64,000 nt of DNA from Methanobacteriaceae archaeon. GTDB lineage: Archaea; Methanobacteriota; Methanobacteria; Methanobacteriales; Methanobacteriaceae. Shown here piece by piece: positions 34,966 through 47,671 of the stretch. The notes beneath the pieces are model-generated. The model searched no databases and was not told the origin of the DNA. It was given only the letters and a program-made list of their open reading frames with translations. Where the stretch lies: assembly GCA_003558085.1 (NCBI GenBank), contig PWMT01000127.1, positions 1 through 64,000 of the forward strand, read 5' to 3'. A program made the position numbers and the translations under genes. Numbering within the stretch: the first letter of the stretch is position 1; every line of letters begins with the position of its first letter.

Positions 34966-35646
34966 ATGAAGTTATTTGTAGTTGATAATATGGAATGGGT
35001 AGTTAAGATAGGAGGAAGTTTGTTTCCTGAAAAAGCCATTAACCTAGCCCAAGCTTTATGGGGTAATGATACTTTAGTGATCTGTGGTGGAGGAAGATTC
35101 GCTAATCAAATTAGAGATTATGATGAAAAATTAAATTTTTCAGATACAACTGCTCATGAAACTGCTATTATGACTATGGATATAGTAGGTAGACTTTTAG
35201 CTGATAAAGTTAAGGAAGCTGAAGCAGTGGATAATTTTTACCAGGCCAAAAAAATATTAAAAGAGAATAAGCTGCCAATATTTTTACCTTACCATTTAAT
35301 GCATTATTTGGATCCCTTGGCACATTCCTGGAAAATAACATCTGATTCTATATCCCTTTATCTAGCTTATATTTTAGAGGCAAAACTTTTAATAGCAACA
35401 GATGTAGATGGTATATATACTACTAAACCATCTTTTAAAGATGCTAAATTTATAAATGAAATAAGTGCTAAAAAACTACTATCTTTTGGTGAGACATCAC
35501 TTGATTCTGCTTTAAGTGAGCTTTTAGTCCAATTTGGATATAATTGTCATGTTTTAAATGGAAAATATCCTGAAAGAGCACTATCTTTAATAAAAGGGAA
35601 TTATAGCACAAAAGATACAAAATATACGCTTGTAAGAGGAGATTAA
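34966..35646 (+). CDS. Amino-acid-kinase-fold protein, MfnE-like (methanofuran biosynthesis kinase)
   Basis: [32 protein letters not shown]. Confidence 0.75.
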   Translation: MKLFVVDNMEWVVKIGGSLFPEKAINLAQALWGNDTLVICGGGRFANQIRDYDEKLNFSDTTAHETAIMTMDIVGRLLADKVKEAEAVDNFYQAKKILKENKLPIFLPYHLMHYLDPLAHSWKITSDSISLYLAYILEAKLLIATDVDGIYTTKPSFKDAKFINEISAKKLLSFGETSLDSALSELLVQFGYNCHVLNGKYPERALSLIKGNYSTKDTKYTLVRGD

Positions 35647-35808
35647 ATGGAAAAAATACAGTGCACATCTTGTAAACAAGAATTACCTCTGGTAGAACCT
35701 TATGTTAAGTTTGAATGTCCTACTTGTGAAGAAATGATCTATCGCTGTGATAAATGCCGCACATTTGCCCATATCTATCATTGCAAATGTGGTTTTATCG
35801 GTCCTTAA
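35647..35808 (+). CDS. Small zinc-ribbon protein (DUF1610 family, 53 aa)
   Basis: Not in ORF track. [53 protein letters not shown]; usual position before aEF-1beta. Confidence 0.9.
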   Translation: MEKIQCTSCKQELPLVEPYVKFECPTCEEMIYRCDKCRTFAHIYHCKCGFIGP

Positions 35809-35991
35809 TTATTAATCAAAAGCTATTTAAACAACTATAAAATAAATATACTATATTTTTTTCATACTAAAAATATATATAGTATTACTACATAATGGTT
35901 GTTATAGAAATTATTGAAATATTAATATTTTAAGCACTTAATGTGTTAACATGATTTTTCAATATAATTAACTAGTTTGGAGGTAAAAATT

Positions 35992-36261
35992 ATGGGAGAG
36001 GTAGTTGCCACTATTAAATTGATGCCTGAGAATCCTGAAGTAGATCTTGAAAAGATGAAAAAAGAAGTTGAAGAGTCTATCCCGGATAAAGTAGATTTAC
36101 ATAAAATTGAAGAAGAACCCATCGCCTTTGGTTTGGTTGCTTTAAATGTAATGGTAGTGGTGGGAGACGCTGAAGGTGGAACAGAAATAATCGAAGATAA
36201 GTTAGCTCAAATTGAAGATGTAAGTAACATAGAGGTAACTGATGTCCGCCGACTAATGTAA
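35992..36261 (+). CDS. ef1b: Elongation factor 1-beta
   Basis: MGEVVATIKLMPENPEVDL, EEPIAFGLVAL; start set at ATG 35992 after GGAGGT. Confidence 0.96.
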   Translation: MGEVVATIKLMPENPEVDLEKMKKEVEESIPDKVDLHKIEEEPIAFGLVALNVMVVVGDAEGGTEIIEDKLAQIEDVSNIEVTDVRRLM

Positions 36262-36262
36262 G

Positions 36263-37519
36263 GTGAGAGATATTTTTGATCTCGTTCTGGCTTGTTTTGT
36301 CGGAATTTTTTGTGGTGCGATTACTGGTCTAATTCCAGGTATTCATGTCAATACCGCTGGGGCCATTACCTTCGCATCATCTGTTTTTCTTTTAAATAAA
36401 TTATCTCCAGAATTTTTAGCTATTTTTTTAGGGTCCATGGCCATATCCCATGCTCTTTTAGAGTTTATACCCTCAATTTTACTGGGAGTGCCTGATGAAT
36501 CCACTGCTTTATCAGTTTTACCAGGTCATAGAATGGTATTACAGGGAAGAGCGCGTGAAGCTATTCGCCTGGTAGCTTTCGGTGGTTTTGGAGCAATCTT
36601 AATAACTACATTGTCCCTACCATTTTTTATAAAAATTTTACCCATTTTTTATTCTTTCTTAAAACCTTATATATGGATTTTATTAGTATTAGGTTCATTA
36701 TATATGTTAATAAGGCTCAATAAAGGTGTTAAAAATTTTTTTTGGTCTTCGGTTCTCTTTTTGTTTTCAGGTATTATTGGCTGGGTTATGTTAAACGCCC
36801 CTCAATCCTCTAACCTTTCTTTAATGTGTTTATTTACTGGGTTTTTTGGAGTTAGCACACTTATCTTTAGCATGAATGAAAACACAGTATTACCTTCCCA
36901 GATTAAACTTTCAGAATTAGAGCTAGATTTATCATTATTAAGAGCTATTATTTCTGGAGGACTTTCGGGTACTATTTTAGGTTTCCTTCCGGGTTTTGGT
37001 CCAGCACAGGGAACTATAATTGCACAAGAAATAAGTGGGGCTGGAATTGAAAATAGTTCAGAACAATTTTTAACCTCAATTAGTGGTTTAAATACCGCGG
37101 ACACTCTTTTTTCCCTAATAGCTATATTTTTGATAGGTAACCCCCGAAGCGGTATAGCGGTATACATATCTCAAATAATTCATGATTTTTCTTTAAACCA
37201 TCTAATATTCTTTATATTCGCTTCATTAACATCTGTTTCCCTTTCTCTCATATTATGCTTAAAAATAGGGGATTGGTTAAGTGATTCACTTCAGGGAATT
37301 GATTATAAAAAGATCACCGCAGTAGCAATTATTTTAATGTTAAGTATTATTATAATATTTACCCTTTTAGAGAAGGCTAACCTTCCCTTCATGATCTTGG
37401 CCCTGATTACTTCTACTGCTTTGGGTCTAATACCTCATTATTTAGGTGTGAGCAAAACCCATTTAATGGGAGTTTTGATTGTCCCCGCCATAGTTGTATA
37501 TTATGGTATGTTTGTTTGA
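36263..37519 (+). CDS. Archaeal TctA-like (DUF112) integral membrane protein
   Basis: TGLIPGIHVN, FIPSILLGVPD, VLPGHRM, internal repeat GFLPGFG, GNPRSG. Confidence 0.85.
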   Translation: MRDIFDLVLACFVGIFCGAITGLIPGIHVNTAGAITFASSVFLLNKLSPEFLAIFLGSMAISHALLEFIPSILLGVPDESTALSVLPGHRMVLQGRAREAIRLVAFGGFGAILITTLSLPFFIKILPIFYSFLKPYIWILLVLGSLYMLIRLNKGVKNFFWSSVLFLFSGIIGWVMLNAPQSSNLSLMCLFTGFFGVSTLIFSMNENTVLPSQIKLSELELDLSLLRAIISGGLSGTILGFLPGFGPAQGTIIAQEISGAGIENSSEQFLTSISGLNTADTLFSLIAIFLIGNPRSGIAVYISQIIHDFSLNHLIFFIFASLTSVSLSLILCLKIGDWLSDSLQGIDYKKITAVAIILMLSIIIIFTLLEKANLPFMILALITSTALGLIPHYLGVSKTHLMGVLIVPAIVVYYGMFV

Positions 37520-37572
37520 TGCTAGTTCATCCAAATGCTTATTCATACAAAATAAGGATTAAATAAATAAAT

Positions 37573-38562
37573 TTATAAAATTAAGATTTCTCTGGAGAGC
37601 TTAGAAGCGGCTTGAACAAATTCTTTAGGATCTGTACCAGGAAAAGGATCTATTATACATAAATCAAATTTTTCATCTAAAACAGTATTCAATTCACGTA
37701 TATCCTTATTATATACTTCAAAATTCAATCCACTGGAAATTATTCCATTTTCATATTTTTTCCTCAAATCCACCTTAAAACCGTTGCATTCTAGATTAAT
37801 ATTAGTCATATTAATGGCAGGCTCCCAGAGATCATTGAATACTACTTTTTCTACTCCAGCCTTAAGACAAAAAATTCCAAGAGTACCGGGACCACAAGTG
37901 GCATCTAAAACTTTAAAATCAGTAGCTTCATTTTTTTTCAGGAAAGAATTAAGGGTATTTATTTTGGATGATGCAGAGCGAGAAATTTCTACATGAATTT
38001 TGCTTTGATTTTTATGAATGCATATAGGTCCAAAAGGACTCTTTAGAATATCACAACGTACATCACAGCCTGCAAGAAGCTCATAAACATGTGGTGCACT
38101 ATTAGAATCTTCAATTCCCACTTTTTTCCCCATATCTCCTTTTAATACACCTTTAACTTCCTCAACATCATTTAAGATTCTATTAGCAGTTTTATTATCC
38201 AGGTTAGAAGCTAAGATTATTAAAGAATTTGCTTTTAGAAAAGGATCATATTTTAAAGGATAGCCAGGATTTATTAAAGGCACCGCTGCTTTTCTTAAAG
38301 TACTTTTTTCATTCTCCAGACCTTCCTCTATCATGATCTTTAAAACATGGGCCATGGTTAAATCGAGGTGTCTTCGGTTACAAACACATCTTCCATAGTG
38401 ATGATCAATAAAATTTAAATTAACTTGATTTATTAATGGAGCAAATTTCTTTATTTTAATTGGCGAACATTTAAAACAAGGTTTATGGAGAGTTTTGATT
38501 TCTGATAAAATTTCCTCTGCAGTTTTTATACATTTCTGCCTACATCTGCAATCTAATTCCAT
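37573..38562 (-). CDS. Cys-rich class I SAM-dependent methyltransferase, function unknown
   Basis: N-terminal CRC..KC, CFKC, CVC; C-terminal VLDATCGPGTLG and IIDPFPG; start set at ATG 38562 to avoid overlap with the divergent ATPase. Confidence 0.75.
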   Translation of the reverse strand: MELDCRCRQKCIKTAEEILSEIKTLHKPCFKCSPIKIKKFAPLINQVNLNFIDHHYGRCVCNRRHLDLTMAHVLKIMIEEGLENEKSTLRKAAVPLINPGYPLKYDPFLKANSLIILASNLDNKTANRILNDVEEVKGVLKGDMGKKVGIEDSNSAPHVYELLAGCDVRCDILKSPFGPICIHKNQSKIHVEISRSASSKINTLNSFLKKNEATDFKVLDATCGPGTLGIFCLKAGVEKVVFNDLWEPAINMTNINLECNGFKVDLRKKYENGIISSGLNFEVYNKDIRELNTVLDEKFDLCIIDPFPGTDPKEFVQAASKLSREILIL

Positions 38563-38599
38563 ATACTTAAATATTGCATGTACCATATTATAATATTTG

Positions 38600-40225
38600 A
38601 TGGACATGAAACAGAAACGTAAAGAAATACTTAGAGAACTTTTAGGCGAATTTGGATCTGAAGATTATTCAGATAATAATATTATTCCTGAATCTGAACC
38701 AGAGCAGATGAAAGAGTCTGAAAAACCAGACAGGGATATTAAATCAGAAGATTCTTTTGATATTGGAAGAATCATGGAAAAGAAACCTAAACCCCAAAAA
38801 AGCATTAAAAGAAAAACTCCAGTTATTAAACCAGAAATTATTGAAGAAACTCTCATTCCCAAGTATAATATAAATGTTCCTAAATTTACAGATAAAGAAA
38901 GGGCACTTCTTAATGATATTAGAGAAAAATTAGTGGATTTGGCTGTTTCTAAGGGCGATAAATTTCAGATTGATGAAGAGACTTTCACCAGAGAAGTGAA
39001 AGAATTTTTAAAAATTAAAGGCATAAGTAATATTGATAAACTGGCTTCCCAAATTTCTCAAGAAATGCTAGGATACGGCCAACTGGATCCTATGATTAAA
39101 GACGATGATCTTGAAGAAATAATGGTAATTGGAGTTAATCGACCTGTATTTGTTTTCCACCGTAAAATCGGTATGATGTTAACCAATGTCTTCTTTGAGG
39201 AAGATGAAAAGATTAAAGCTTTGATCGATGTTATTGCTCGTCAAGTAAATAGGAGAATTGATCAACAAAGCCCTATTTTAGATGCCCGGCTTCCTGATGG
39301 ATCCAGAGTTAATGCTACTATTCCTCCTGTTTCAGCTGATGGATCTTCTTTAACTATTCGTAAATTTCGGAAAGATCCCTTCACCGTAATTGATCTGATT
39401 AATTTTAAAACCATGTCTCCACATTTAGCTGCATTTATGTGGGTATGTACTGATGGTTTAGGAGTTAAACCCTGCAATGCCATTATTGCGGGAGGTACTG
39501 GTTCTGGTAAAACTACTACCTTGAATACTATTGCAGCTTTTATTCCTCCCCGGGATAGAATCATAACCATTGAGGATACATTAGAATTACAACTTCCACA
39601 CACCCATGTAGTAAGGATGGAAACTCGCCCTCCTAATATTGAAGGTAAAGGTGAGTTAGACATGGATACTTTGGTAAAGAACTGTTTACGCCAACGTCCA
39701 GATAGAGTTATTGTCGGTGAAGTTAGAGGGAAGGAAGCAATTACATTATTTACAGCACTCAACACAGGTCACTCCGGATTTGGAACCTTGCACTCCAACA
39801 CAGCCCGGGAGACCATAACCAGACTAATAAATCCACCTATGATTGTTCCAACTATTATGATACCTGCCCTTGATTTCATTATTATGCAAAATAAAATGTA
39901 TCGTCCCTTTGGAGGTTCTATAAGACGCATCACTGAAGTTGCTGAAGTAGTGGGTATGGAAGAGGGCAATGTACAATTAAATAGAATTTTTGAATGGAAT
40001 AATGAAACTGATAAAGTAGAGTACGTGGGTCTTGCCAGCCGTACTTTAAGGGAAATCGCTGATTTAAGAGGTGCCAGTATAACTGAAGTGGAAGAAGAAA
40101 TTGAAAAAAGAAGATTGGTAATAGAGTATATGGCAGATAAAAATATACGTTCCATTGAAGATGTTGGAAACTTTTTTAATGATTATTATCGCGATCCAGA
40201 TGAGTTAATAGAAAAAATACTGTAA
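38600..40225 (+). CDS. Type IV pilus/T2SS assembly ATPase (CpaF/TadA/VirB11 family)
   Basis: [52 protein letters not shown]. Confidence 0.92.
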   Translation: MDMKQKRKEILRELLGEFGSEDYSDNNIIPESEPEQMKESEKPDRDIKSEDSFDIGRIMEKKPKPQKSIKRKTPVIKPEIIEETLIPKYNINVPKFTDKERALLNDIREKLVDLAVSKGDKFQIDEETFTREVKEFLKIKGISNIDKLASQISQEMLGYGQLDPMIKDDDLEEIMVIGVNRPVFVFHRKIGMMLTNVFFEEDEKIKALIDVIARQVNRRIDQQSPILDARLPDGSRVNATIPPVSADGSSLTIRKFRKDPFTVIDLINFKTMSPHLAAFMWVCTDGLGVKPCNAIIAGGTGSGKTTTLNTIAAFIPPRDRIITIEDTLELQLPHTHVVRMETRPPNIEGKGELDMDTLVKNCLRQRPDRVIVGEVRGKEAITLFTALNTGHSGFGTLHSNTARETITRLINPPMIVPTIMIPALDFIIMQNKMYRPFGGSIRRITEVAEVVGMEEGNVQLNRIFEWNNETDKVEYVGLASRTLREIADLRGASITEVEEEIEKRRLVIEYMADKNIRSIEDVGNFFNDYYRDPDELIEKIL

Positions 40226-40276
40226 TAAGACTCAATTTTTTAAAATTCAAATAGCATTTCAATTTGGTGGTTTATA

Positions 40277-41329
40277 ATGGTTTTAAAAAGCATAAAAAGC
40301 TTCTTTGATAAAATTGGCGGAGTTACCATTGATTCAAGTAAAAAAGTTGGAGAAGGTGTTCAAGCTCCAGCTAATAAAATAGGAGGTATTAGAAGTAAGG
40401 ATTTTAAATTAGGATCTTTAAAAAAAACTGGTTCTAAAAAAACTTCTTCTGAGATCATAAAACGAACTAAAATGAGTAGAGAGGAAATAGAAGTTTTTAA
40501 AGGATTAATTGAATCTGAAAAAAATAAAAAAGAGATTTCAAAAGAAGATGAAAAAGAAAAAGAAACCTTTCAAAAAGCCTCCCTAGAGGAGATCTTAAGA
40601 GAAGAAGAAAAAAAAAGTTTAGATCCTAAATTAGTTATGGGTATGGGGGCAGCTTCTGGTTTAATATTATTTGCTATACTTATTGCTTTAGGGTTTGGAA
40701 TAGCTATTGGTCTTGTATTTTTAATATTAGTATTCTTCATGTCTATAGTGATCTTGTTTTTACCCAATCTTCAAAAAGGAAAAAAATCAGCTGAAGCCTC
40801 TCGGGAATTACCTTATGCTTTAAGACAAATGGCTACTGAATTAAGGGCTGGTCTTGGTTTACATGATAGTATGCGATCAGTAGCGCTCTCTGGTTATGGT
40901 TCTCTCTCTGAAGAGTTTGCTAGAACCTTAGAGGAGATAAAATATGGGGAGAGAACTGAGACTGCTCTTATTGATATGGGGGATAGAATAGAATCTGATG
41001 GATTAAAAAGAGCGGTTTATCAGATTACCAGAACTCTTAATAGTGGAGGAGATTTAGCTAAGACTTTAAATGTTATAGCAGAAGATATCGCTTACGAGCT
41101 GAGGATGAAACTCAAGGATTATTCTCAAAAACTTAATTCATTTACCATGATCTATATGTTTATTGCCATTTTAGGTCCCGTGATAATGATGGTTATGCTT
41201 ATAGCTGCTTCCACGGTCATGGGAGCAATACTGCCTCCAATTGCTCTTTTAGCAATTTATCTTTTCTTTTTCCCTATGATAGTGGCATTTTTAGCTTTCA
41301 TGGTTAAAAGATTGGAACCAAAACTTTAA
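40277..41329 (+). CDS. Type II secretion F / TadC-like membrane platform protein
   Basis: ELPYALRQMATELRAG, YGSLSEEF, SGGDLAKTL; three to four TM segments. Confidence 0.85.
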   Translation: MVLKSIKSFFDKIGGVTIDSSKKVGEGVQAPANKIGGIRSKDFKLGSLKKTGSKKTSSEIIKRTKMSREEIEVFKGLIESEKNKKEISKEDEKEKETFQKASLEEILREEEKKSLDPKLVMGMGAASGLILFAILIALGFGIAIGLVFLILVFFMSIVILFLPNLQKGKKSAEASRELPYALRQMATELRAGLGLHDSMRSVALSGYGSLSEEFARTLEEIKYGERTETALIDMGDRIESDGLKRAVYQITRTLNSGGDLAKTLNVIAEDIAYELRMKLKDYSQKLNSFTMIYMFIAILGPVIMMVMLIAASTVMGAILPPIALLAIYLFFFPMIVAFLAFMVKRLEPKL

Positions 41330-41378
41330 TAATAGATGCAAAAGCATATTAATCCTATATTTTTCTTAAAACCTAATA

Positions 41379-42182
41379 TTAAAGCAAAGAAAAATATCGC
41401 AGCAATTCAATAGTTAAAATTAAAAAGATAGTTATTAATATAAAGAAATAATCATTTACTCTTAATTTTTTTGTTTCTTGGTACATATGGGATTTTTCGG
41501 AGTATCCCCGACTTAACATACTGAAATATACCTTTTCCCCTTGCTCATATGATCTTAAGAACAACATCACAATAGTATAGGCTATTTGTCGTAATCTCCA
41601 CCTGTAAGGTGTTTTATTATTCCATATATCAAAGCAGCGGGTTTTTTGAGCATTTTTTATTCTTTCTAATTCTTCATAAAACATGAAAAGATAGCGGATA
41701 GTCAGGCTCATTATCATGGATAATTCCCGGGGAAATCCCATTCTCCTACCTGAATTTACTATTTCCTGAATAGGTGTTACAGAAGATAACAATACTACTG
41801 CAGTTAGACATACAATTAGTCGAGAAAATAAAAGCATTCCGAAAAGGGTTCCTTCAAAGGTAATATTGAAGCCCAGTGGCAATGTGTATAAAATCTCACC
41901 AGGTTGTATAAAGGGCTGGAAAAGCGCGATAAATCCTCCAAAGGGTAAAATGATCAGTACTCTTTTTAGGGTATAAATAAAGGAAATCTTAGATATCCAA
42001 ATTAAGCCTAAAAGGTAAGCCTCTAATAAGAATAAAACTGGTAAGTGAACAGTATATACTGCATAAATAACAATGAATAGGGTCATAATCAATTTTATGC
42101 GCCCGTCTAGGTTATGAATTGGGCTTTTCTTCCCAGTTTCACTTTCAATTTGACTAATTCCAATATGCATTGGGATCCTCAT
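41379..42182 (-). CDS. cbiQ: Co/Ni ECF transporter T component CbiQ/NikQ
   Basis: SPIHNLDGRIK, TIRYLF, AQKTR, LFLRSYEQGEKVY.SMLSRG. Confidence 0.9.
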   Translation of the reverse strand: MRIPMHIGISQIESETGKKSPIHNLDGRIKLIMTLFIVIYAVYTVHLPVLFLLEAYLLGLIWISKISFIYTLKRVLIILPFGGFIALFQPFIQPGEILYTLPLGFNITFEGTLFGMLLFSRLIVCLTAVVLLSSVTPIQEIVNSGRRMGFPRELSMIMSLTIRYLFMFYEELERIKNAQKTRCFDIWNNKTPYRWRLRQIAYTIVMLFLRSYEQGEKVYFSMLSRGYSEKSHMYQETKKLRVNDYFFILITIFLILTIELLRYFSLL

Positions 42183-42562
42183 CTTAAATTTATTTTGATT
42201 AATGTAAAGTTTGATGGATTAAAGCTTTTTCTAAAATATAAAAATTATTTAAACGTCTTATTTTTATAAGAACAAATCAAAGCTTATGTGAAGAAAACTT
42301 ATGGGGATGATAATGGCTAATTTTTTTCATGTTATTCTCCTAATTTTAGTAATATATTGGGGATTGATATTTCACATAAAATCTATAATGGATCAAAGTT
42401 GCAGTGAAATAATTAATTCTTGAAGGCGTTTTTTAATTCTTACATTAATTCAATTAAATATATAATAATAAGCTTTTTCATTGTATTACTATTTTTAAAG
42501 TTTAGTTATGCATAGTATTACTTTATTAATATTTTTAAACACAAAATTATTAATTTTTGATA

Positions 42563-42578
42563 CACAAAAATTTATATA
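42563..42578 (+). promoter_or_regulatory. Probable BRE/TATA promoter of the cdhC operon
   Basis: CACAAAAA-TTTATATA (TATA 42571-42578). Confidence 0.5.
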
Positions 42579-42815
42579 CTAGGCACAAAATAAAATAATT
42601 ATCATTATAAATCATTAATAATTATTCAGAGTCTACTAATTTGATTATAATATTATAAAAGATTAGATAATATTAGCTTAAGATGGGTTTTAAAAGACGG
42701 ACTACTTGTTAACTACCAGAAATATATCTAAAATCGCCATTAAAAAGGAGCATTTATATAAAATTGTTAAATATCTAAGGATTAATGTAATACAGGATTA
42801 TAATGGAGGAATTCA

Positions 42816-44201
<1,386 letters not shown>

Positions 44202-44243
44202 TATAATATTAAACTAATTGAACATTTCTAAAAAATTTATAAA

Positions 44244-45017
<774 letters not shown>

Positions 45018-45041
45018 TTTGGAAAAAAAGGATGTGGGTTT

Positions 45042-46199
45042 ATGGACAAAATATCACAACTTCTTAAGTTACTTGAAAATACAAAATCAATAGAAATAAA
45101 TGATTTTAGAATGGATTTTGAGGAATTAGAGCTTCAAATAATGCCAGCTGTAGAGCAAATAGTTAAAAAATCAGTAGATAAAACTAAAACTCCGGTTCAA
45201 CCATCACCTATGGAAGAATTCAACCCACCCATTCAAAATTATCCCGGTAAAGTAGCGGAAGTGCAACTAGGAAAGGGCAGCCGTAAACCAGTATATTTAG
45301 GGGGTCAGGAAGCATTATATCGATTTGAAGAGCCTCAACCAAATGCTCCTATAGTTACTTTTGATGTATTCGATATTCCTATGCCTGGACTTCCACGACC
45401 CATCAGAGAACATTTTTCCGATGTTATGGAACATCCTGGAGAATGGGCCAAAAAAGCAGTTAAAGAATATGGTGCAAACATGGTAACCATTCACTTAATT
45501 GGAACTGGGCCTAAAGTGATGGATAAATCGCCTCGTGATGCTGCTAAAGACATAGAAGAAGTTTTGCAGGCAGTAAATGTTCCTTTAGTAATAGGGGCTT
45601 CTGGTGATCCTATAAAGGATCCTTTAGTCTTGGAAAAAGCGGCAGAGGCTTCTCAAGGAGAAAGATGTTTGTTAGCTTCTGCTAATTTAGATTTAGATTA
45701 CCAAAAAGTGGCTCATGCTGCAGTAGAAAATGATCATGCAGTGTTGTCCTGGTCTATAACCGATGTTAACATGCAAAAAACTCTTAATCGTTATCTATTA
45801 AAAGAAGGTCTCACTCATAATGATATCGTTATGGATCCTACCACCTGTGCTTTAGGTTATGGTATAGAATTTTCCATCGATATAATGACTAGAACTCGTC
45901 TAGCTGCTTTGAAAGGTGATCAGGATCTTCAGATGCCCATGTCTTCAGGTACAACTAATGCCTGGGGATCCCGTGAGGCCTGGATGAAAAAAGATGAATG
46001 GGGTCCCACTGATTATAGAGGCCCCATCTGGGAAATTTTTACCGGATTGACTATGATGCTTAGTGGAGTAGATATTTTTATGATGCTTCATCCTAGTTCA
46101 GTTAAATTGCTCCGCGAAATAGGGGAAACTTTCACTAAGGAATACAACAGTGCTGAAAAAGCAAATATTGATGATTGGATAACTCAATTGGGGAGTTAA
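45042..46199 (+). CDS. cdhD: Corrinoid Fe-S protein small subunit (ACDS delta)
   Basis: MDPTTCALGYGIE, RLAALKGD..LQMP, NAWGSREAW, MMLHP. Confidence 0.95.
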   Translation: MDKISQLLKLLENTKSIEINDFRMDFEELELQIMPAVEQIVKKSVDKTKTPVQPSPMEEFNPPIQNYPGKVAEVQLGKGSRKPVYLGGQEALYRFEEPQPNAPIVTFDVFDIPMPGLPRPIREHFSDVMEHPGEWAKKAVKEYGANMVTIHLIGTGPKVMDKSPRDAAKDIEEVLQAVNVPLVIGASGDPIKDPLVLEKAAEASQGERCLLASANLDLDYQKVAHAAVENDHAVLSWSITDVNMQKTLNRYLLKEGLTHNDIVMDPTTCALGYGIEFSIDIMTRTRLAALKGDQDLQMPMSSGTTNAWGSREAWMKKDEWGPTDYRGPIWEIFTGLTMMLSGVDIFMMLHPSSVKLLREIGETFTKEYNSAEKANIDDWITQLGS

Positions 46200-46229
46200 T
46201 AGTTTAAGTAAATTAAAAGGAGGGTTAAA

Positions 46230-47603
46230 TTGAAAGTAACTGCAATGGATATTTATAAATTACTGCCTAAAACTAACTGTGGAGATTGTGGGGAAGCTTC
46301 TTGCATGGCATTTGCTACTAAATTATCAGAAAAAGAGATAGATTTAAAAGTATGTGAGCCACTAGATACACCAGAGAGGGAAAAATTAGAAGATTTACTT
46401 GCTCCTGCAGTAAGAGAAGTTATTATGGGGACTGGTGATAAAAAAGTCATACTTGGAGGTGATGAAGTACTTTACCGGTATGAACTGACCTATTATAATC
46501 CTACTGCATTAGTAATTGATGTAAATGATGAATTAGAATCAGAAGAATTGGATGAAAGGATAAATATTATTGAAAATACTAAATTTGAGCGAACAGGAGA
46601 ATTACTTACTCTAGATGCTATCGCAGTCCGAAATAAATCAGGGGATGCTAAAAAATTTGCTGATACTGTATCCCACCTAAAAAATTCTAAATATCCGCTG
46701 GTTTTATGTTCACTTGATCCTAATGCCATGAAAGCAGCATTAGAAATAGTTGGAAATCAAAGACCTTTAATTTATGCAGCTACTGAGAATAATTTAGATG
46801 CCATGGCTCAATTAGCGTTAGAATATAAATGTCCTCTAGCTTTATTTGTCCCTGGTGATTTGGAGAAAATGAAACAACTTTCACATACTTTACGTTCTCA
46901 GGGTATTGAAGATATAGTGCTTGATCCAGGCACCTTTGTAGGGGAAGGTATGGGAGATACTCTGGATAATTTCATAATGATTAGGCGTTTGGCAGTAGAA
47001 GAGAGAGATGATGATTTTCGTTTCCCAATTTTAGGAATACCTGCTCTTGTAAGATTAGATAATACTGAAGATAATATTAATAAAAGTATTCAGGAGGCAA
47101 CGGTTACTGCTACTTTACTAAATAAATATGCGGATTTACTGATTTTAAACGGAACTGACATATGGGAAATCATACCTATTTTAACTCTAAGACAAGGATT
47201 ATTCACGGATCCAAGGAAACCACAAACAGTGGATGCTGGTTTATATGAATTTGGAGAACTTGATGATGCTTCACCGGTTTTATTAACTACTAACTTTGCT
47301 TTAACGTATTATACGGTAGAAGGTGATTTAAAATCTGGAAAAGCTAATACTTATCTCTTGGTACTGGATACGGATGGAAGAGCAGTGGATGTTTCACTGG
47401 CAGGGGGACAATTAAATGGAAAATCAGTGGCAGATCTTATTAAAGAAACAGGTATAGAAAATAAGATAAAACATAAAAAAATGATTATACCTGGTTTAGC
47501 CGCACCATTAAGCGGAGAAATTGAAGATGATAGTGGTTGGGAAGTGGCTGTCGGTCCTAGAGATTCTTCAGCAGTTCCAGATTATCTTTTAGAGAACCTT
47601 TAA
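46230..47603 (+). CDS. cdhE: Corrinoid Fe-S protein large subunit (ACDS gamma)
   Basis: LPKTNCGDCGEASCMAFA, TDPRKP, TTNFALTYYTV, VGPRDSS. Confidence 0.95.
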   Translation: MKVTAMDIYKLLPKTNCGDCGEASCMAFATKLSEKEIDLKVCEPLDTPEREKLEDLLAPAVREVIMGTGDKKVILGGDEVLYRYELTYYNPTALVIDVNDELESEELDERINIIENTKFERTGELLTLDAIAVRNKSGDAKKFADTVSHLKNSKYPLVLCSLDPNAMKAALEIVGNQRPLIYAATENNLDAMAQLALEYKCPLALFVPGDLEKMKQLSHTLRSQGIEDIVLDPGTFVGEGMGDTLDNFIMIRRLAVEERDDDFRFPILGIPALVRLDNTEDNINKSIQEATVTATLLNKYADLLILNGTDIWEIIPILTLRQGLFTDPRKPQTVDAGLYEFGELDDASPVLLTTNFALTYYTVEGDLKSGKANTYLLVLDTDGRAVDVSLAGGQLNGKSVADLIKETGIENKIKHKKMIIPGLAAPLSGEIEDDSGWEVAVGPRDSSAVPDYLLENL

Positions 47604-47610
47604 GTTCAAT

Positions 47611-47630
47611 TAATTCTTTATTTTTTTTCT
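47611..47630 (+). terminator. Oligo(T) terminator after cdhE
   Basis: TTCTTTTATTTTTTTTCT shortly after the stop codon. Confidence 0.5.
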
Positions 47631-47671
47631 AAGGAATTAAAATATTAGATTATGATTTTTTAAGTAATATC

